Shown here in pieces: positions 60,200 to 63,892 of a stretch of 63,892 nt of DNA. Origin of the DNA: Octopus bimaculoides (lineage: Eukaryota); assembly GCF_001194135.2 (NCBI RefSeq), contig NC_068982.1, positions 1,451,677 to 1,515,568 on the forward strand. Reading direction: 5' to 3'. Each line of letters begins with the position of its first letter. Position 1 is the stretch's first letter. A model generated the notes under the pieces. That model worked only from the letters and a program-made list of their open reading frames with translations, ran no database searches and was not told where the DNA came from. The position numbers were made by a program, and so were the translations under genes.

Positions 60200-62800
60200 G
60201 AAGACGCTGTGCTGATATATCAGGGAAGACAAGGATTAAGTACTCCCGGCCTGAGATTCATTTAAGCTTAAAGTTGAAAGCGAAAAGATAGATTCGGTTC
60301 TTGAGATATTCCAGACGAGAAATGTAACTAACAAGATTATTTGGACTGCAGCTACGGTTGCTGCAGACAGAGTTGGATACAAAAGAAAGGAACAAACAGA
60401 ACGTAAATGACCATACTGGAGCAGGCGAATTTGTGAGAATCGGAGTTAAAAAGATATTTAGGACAAGTTGATAGATTGAGAAGAGGGGGATTGCAGAACG
60501 AAAGCATCAGAATAATGTTGGAAAGAACATATGGAATAAGAAATAAAGGGTATGATGTTATATTGGAAGAATTGAAACAAAGAATTGTAGCAATCAAAGC
60601 AAAACTAGAAAGATGTAACAATAAAAAATAACAATTCAGGAAAAACAGTTTGAAGCAAATCAGAAGAGACTGTTTCAGGAACTAGATGGGCAAATACACG
60701 TAACAATGATACCAGATGCAGAGGAAAGCAAGGCATTCTGGAGAGGGATGTGGGACCAACCTGTAGAGGATAATGATGAAGCGGAGTTGCAGCAAGATAG
60801 GTTTAGAAATATATAAGTCCAAGAAGATATAAAGATAACTACAGAAATGATAAAAATAAGCTGTTGAGAAAATTCCCAAATTGGAAGATTCCAGGACCGG
60901 ATCGGGTCCAAGGTTATCGGATTAAGAAGCTGAGAGGGCTCCATGAAAGAAAAGCACAACAGCTAGATGAGTGCTTGCAGGAAGGCACAGTACCCATCTG
61001 GATGACAAAGGGAAAGACATTGTTATGCGCCAAAGATGCTGAAAAGGGAAATGTTGCATCCAACTTTAGACCAATAACATGCCTTCCGCTAATGTGGAAA
61101 CTAATGTCAGGTGCTTTGGCCGGTGAACTGTACAGATACTTGGGAAAAAAGTCGGCTGCTACCCACTGAACACAAATGGTGCTGAAAAAGGAGCCGGGGA
61201 ACGAAGGATCGGCTCTTAATTAATAATCTATTTATCAGGAACTGCAAGAGGCGACATACAGATCTGAGCATGGCATGGGTTGACTATCGCAAAGCAGACG
61301 ATATGATACCACACTCCTGGATAATAAGAACACTGGAAATGTATGGAGTAGCAGAGAATATGAGAAGCCTTATACGGAATAGCATGAAATAGCGGAGGAC
61401 GGAATTGAGAGCAGGGAAGGAAGTACTAGGAGAGGTGAAAATCAAGAGCGAAAACTTCCAAGGGGACAGTGTTTCCCCACTGATCTTCACAAAAACTGAG
61501 GCAGAACTGGACAGCCTAGTCCAGTCTGTGCGGATCTCCTCAAATGATATAATGGCGTTTGGACTCTCAAAATGTGTTACGATGGTGATGAGACGAGGAA
61601 AACTTGCCATGACAGAAAGGCATATGGTTGCCGAGTGGCAAACAGTGAAGGCGATTCAACCTCATTTCAGCTATAAACATCTGGGAATACTTGAGGCAGA
61701 CGGAATCAAATACCCCGACATGGAGGAACGGACAAAAAGAGAGTAAATGCGGTGAAAAAAATATTGGCTTTAAAGCTGAATGCCAGAAACATAATTTCGG
61801 CAATAAACTCGTGCGCAATCGCAATAGTTCGGTATGGCGCTGGAATCCTGAAGTAGACAGAAGAGGAAGTAAAGGAGATGGACAGGAAGCCAAGAAAGCT
61901 CCTAACGATGCATGGAGCCCATCATCCACGTGCAGACACTGATCGCCTATACATGAAGAGAGCAGATGGAGGAAGGGCACTGATAAGTGTGAAAGACTGC
62001 ATGCGTATCGAACTCGAGAGCTTAATGAGATATCTAGCCCAAAGAAAGAAAACCTTGCTAGTGACAGTTAGGAACGAGGGAGTATTGAGCGGAAAGGAAA
62101 AAATAGGAAATAAAGGAAGAAGTACAAAAAGGACATGAAGAAGAATTACGCAAGAAGGGACTACACAATTAATTCCATTTAGCCACAACAGAAGTTGCTG
62201 GAAAATATAGGTGGGATTGGCTGATGAAAGGGTTTCTAATAAAGAGACCGGGCGTACTATACTAGCAGCGCAGGACCTTGTTCTGGCCACGAACTCGAGG
62301 GTCAACCTGAGGAATGAGCAAGTCTCTCTGCTGTACCGCATCTGCAACAGAGGGGATGAAACCATCGCCCATATCACGAACAAATGCCCTAGACTTGTCT
62401 AAACCAATACAGTTGCGGCGACAAGACCAGGTAGCGAAATTCTATATTGAGAACTGTGCGAAAAGTGGGGGCTAGAGAGAGGCAAGACGTGGTATGAGAA
62501 CAAATGGGAGAGAGTGGCAGAGTGGGAATTTGCCAATGCAAACGAAGGTTGTGATCAAAGAAGAGAGTAGACGTGATACCAATAGTAATTGGTGCACTTG
62601 GAAGTATCAGCACTCAAATACCAACATGACTGAAAAAGATCGGTGCAAGTGTGAAGGGAGAAACACCTACAAAGATCAGCATTGCTTGGAACTGCAGAAT
62701 GTCACCTTAGTCTGTTGGCTGTGGACAGCTGACCCTTTCCACCATAACCAGCAAAATAAGCTGGGAGTTTGCATCAAATAATATTAATACTAATAATAAT
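60200..62800 (+). mobile_element. Dong/R4-clade non-LTR retrotransposon, long decayed copy ending in a TAA-rich tail
   Basis: [124 protein letters not shown]. The YADD region and RLE PD motif appear deleted. Confidence 0.93.
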
Positions 62801-62801
62801 G

Positions 62802-62820
62802 AGAAGAAGAAGAAGAAGAA

Positions 62821-62867
<47 letters not shown>

Positions 62868-62872
62868 AGAAG

Positions 62873-62902
<30 letters not shown>
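62802..62902. repeat. (GAA)n microsatellite
   Basis: Direct reading. Confidence 0.97.
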
Positions 62903-62904
<2 letters not shown>

Positions 62905-63009
62905 GAAACGAACAAACAAGAGTGTAATCAATAATATACTAGTAATAATTGCAACGCCAATGATGATAAACGTAGATGATGTCCTATCCAACAACCAAAA
63001 TACGTGTGT

Positions 63010-63230
63010 AAGTTTGTATGTATGTATGTATGTATGTATGTATGTATGTATGTATGTATGCATGGATGCATACGTACATACATGCCTGCATGTATGTATT
63101 CTTGTATGTATACATGCATATATATATGCCAGTATGTATTTATGTATGTGTGTATGTATGTATCCATCTATTTGTGTGTGTATGTGTGTGTGTGTGTATG
63201 TGTGTGTGTGTGTGTATGTGTGTGTGTGTT
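63010..63230. repeat. Compound (TATG)n/(TG)n microsatellite
   Basis: Direct reading. Confidence 0.95.
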
Positions 63231-63519
63231 GTTACACTTGTATATAACGAAAATTGATAGAATATAAAATAACAAGAGAAACTTGAAAGATGACAATATT
63301 AGAAATGCTACAAGAGTAAATATATGTCAGATTAGGAATCAATAAAGACGTAAGAAGTTAACCAGATGTGAGCATTAGCTTCATTCCAAAATGAAACTCC
63401 TTATTTTGGTTTACAGTTACCTGACTGTACATGCGCAACACATACATTTAAAACTATAACTCTATGCATGTGTCTATACATTTATGTGTGTCTGTATGTG
63501 TGTGTGTATTTAGTAGACA

Positions 63520-63760
63520 TGACAAAACCATCGATATTTAAGATTAATATTTTCAGTTGGTCGTCCAACGAAGGCAGTGATAATCCAAACACCTGTCAGA
63601 TATGTGCAATTATCCACATAAGCAGGTTAACAGATAGAAGTGTTTTCTCGACTGTACTATACTTTCCAACGCTGCGTTAATTCAGGACTGTGGTTCTGTG
63701 TTTTAGTATATTCAACATAGGTAACCAAACCTTTGTTGTTTGCTCTTTTTCTTCGTAGTT
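63520..63760 (-). mobile_element. Decayed RTE-like RT fragment
   Basis: Minus KVWLPMLNILK...GK.STVEK.L resembles KVGL.VN..KT......LE.V.DF.YLG. Confidence 0.3.
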
Positions 63761-63779
63761 GTTAGGTACTATGACGTCC

Positions 63780-63892
63780 TCCCCTCCTCCCCTTCTTCCT
63801 TCCCCTTCCTCCTTCCCCTTCCCTTCCTCCTTCCCCTACCCCTCCTCTTCCACCCTCCTCCATAATTTCTTCTTCTTCTTCTTCTTCTTCTT
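63780..63892. repeat. Pyrimidine-rich low-complexity (CCT/CTT)n
   Basis: Direct reading. Confidence 0.9.

Overview
AT-rich animal genomic DNA from a gapped short-read assembly; most of the 11 N-gaps are flanked by (TA)n/(CA)n tracts. The SINE families, microsatellite load and retroelement mix strongly suggest an octopod cephalopod (Octopus-like), which is an inference. I find no intact, recognisable host protein-coding gene; the supplied ORFs are microsatellite read-throughs, N-gap artefacts or pieces of decayed transposons. The window is a transposon graveyard: CR1-like LINEs (5 pieces), RTE LINEs, R4/Dong RLE retrotransposons (4 pieces), Tx1/L1-like fragments, Penelope-like elements, one Gypsy gag-pol remnant without integrase, two Tc1/mariner remnants, three tRNA-derived SINE families and a solitary degenerate 5S rRNA copy. 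The most notable structures are: (1) an ~850 bp spacer-less palindrome (50263-51110) inside a plausible spliced intron; (2) a second ~525 bp fold-back next to a Penelope 3' end; (3) RLE retrotransposons sitting in two different microsatellites, (TAA)n and (CATA)n; (4) a 3' tail shared between a CR1 LINE and the dominant SINE; (5) a perfect 43 bp inverted templated insertion at an RTE 5' junction; (6) a few unique CpG-containing promoter-like islands, one with a palindromic double YY1 site and an apparently non-coding spliced first exon. I see no evidence for a novel multi-gene system.
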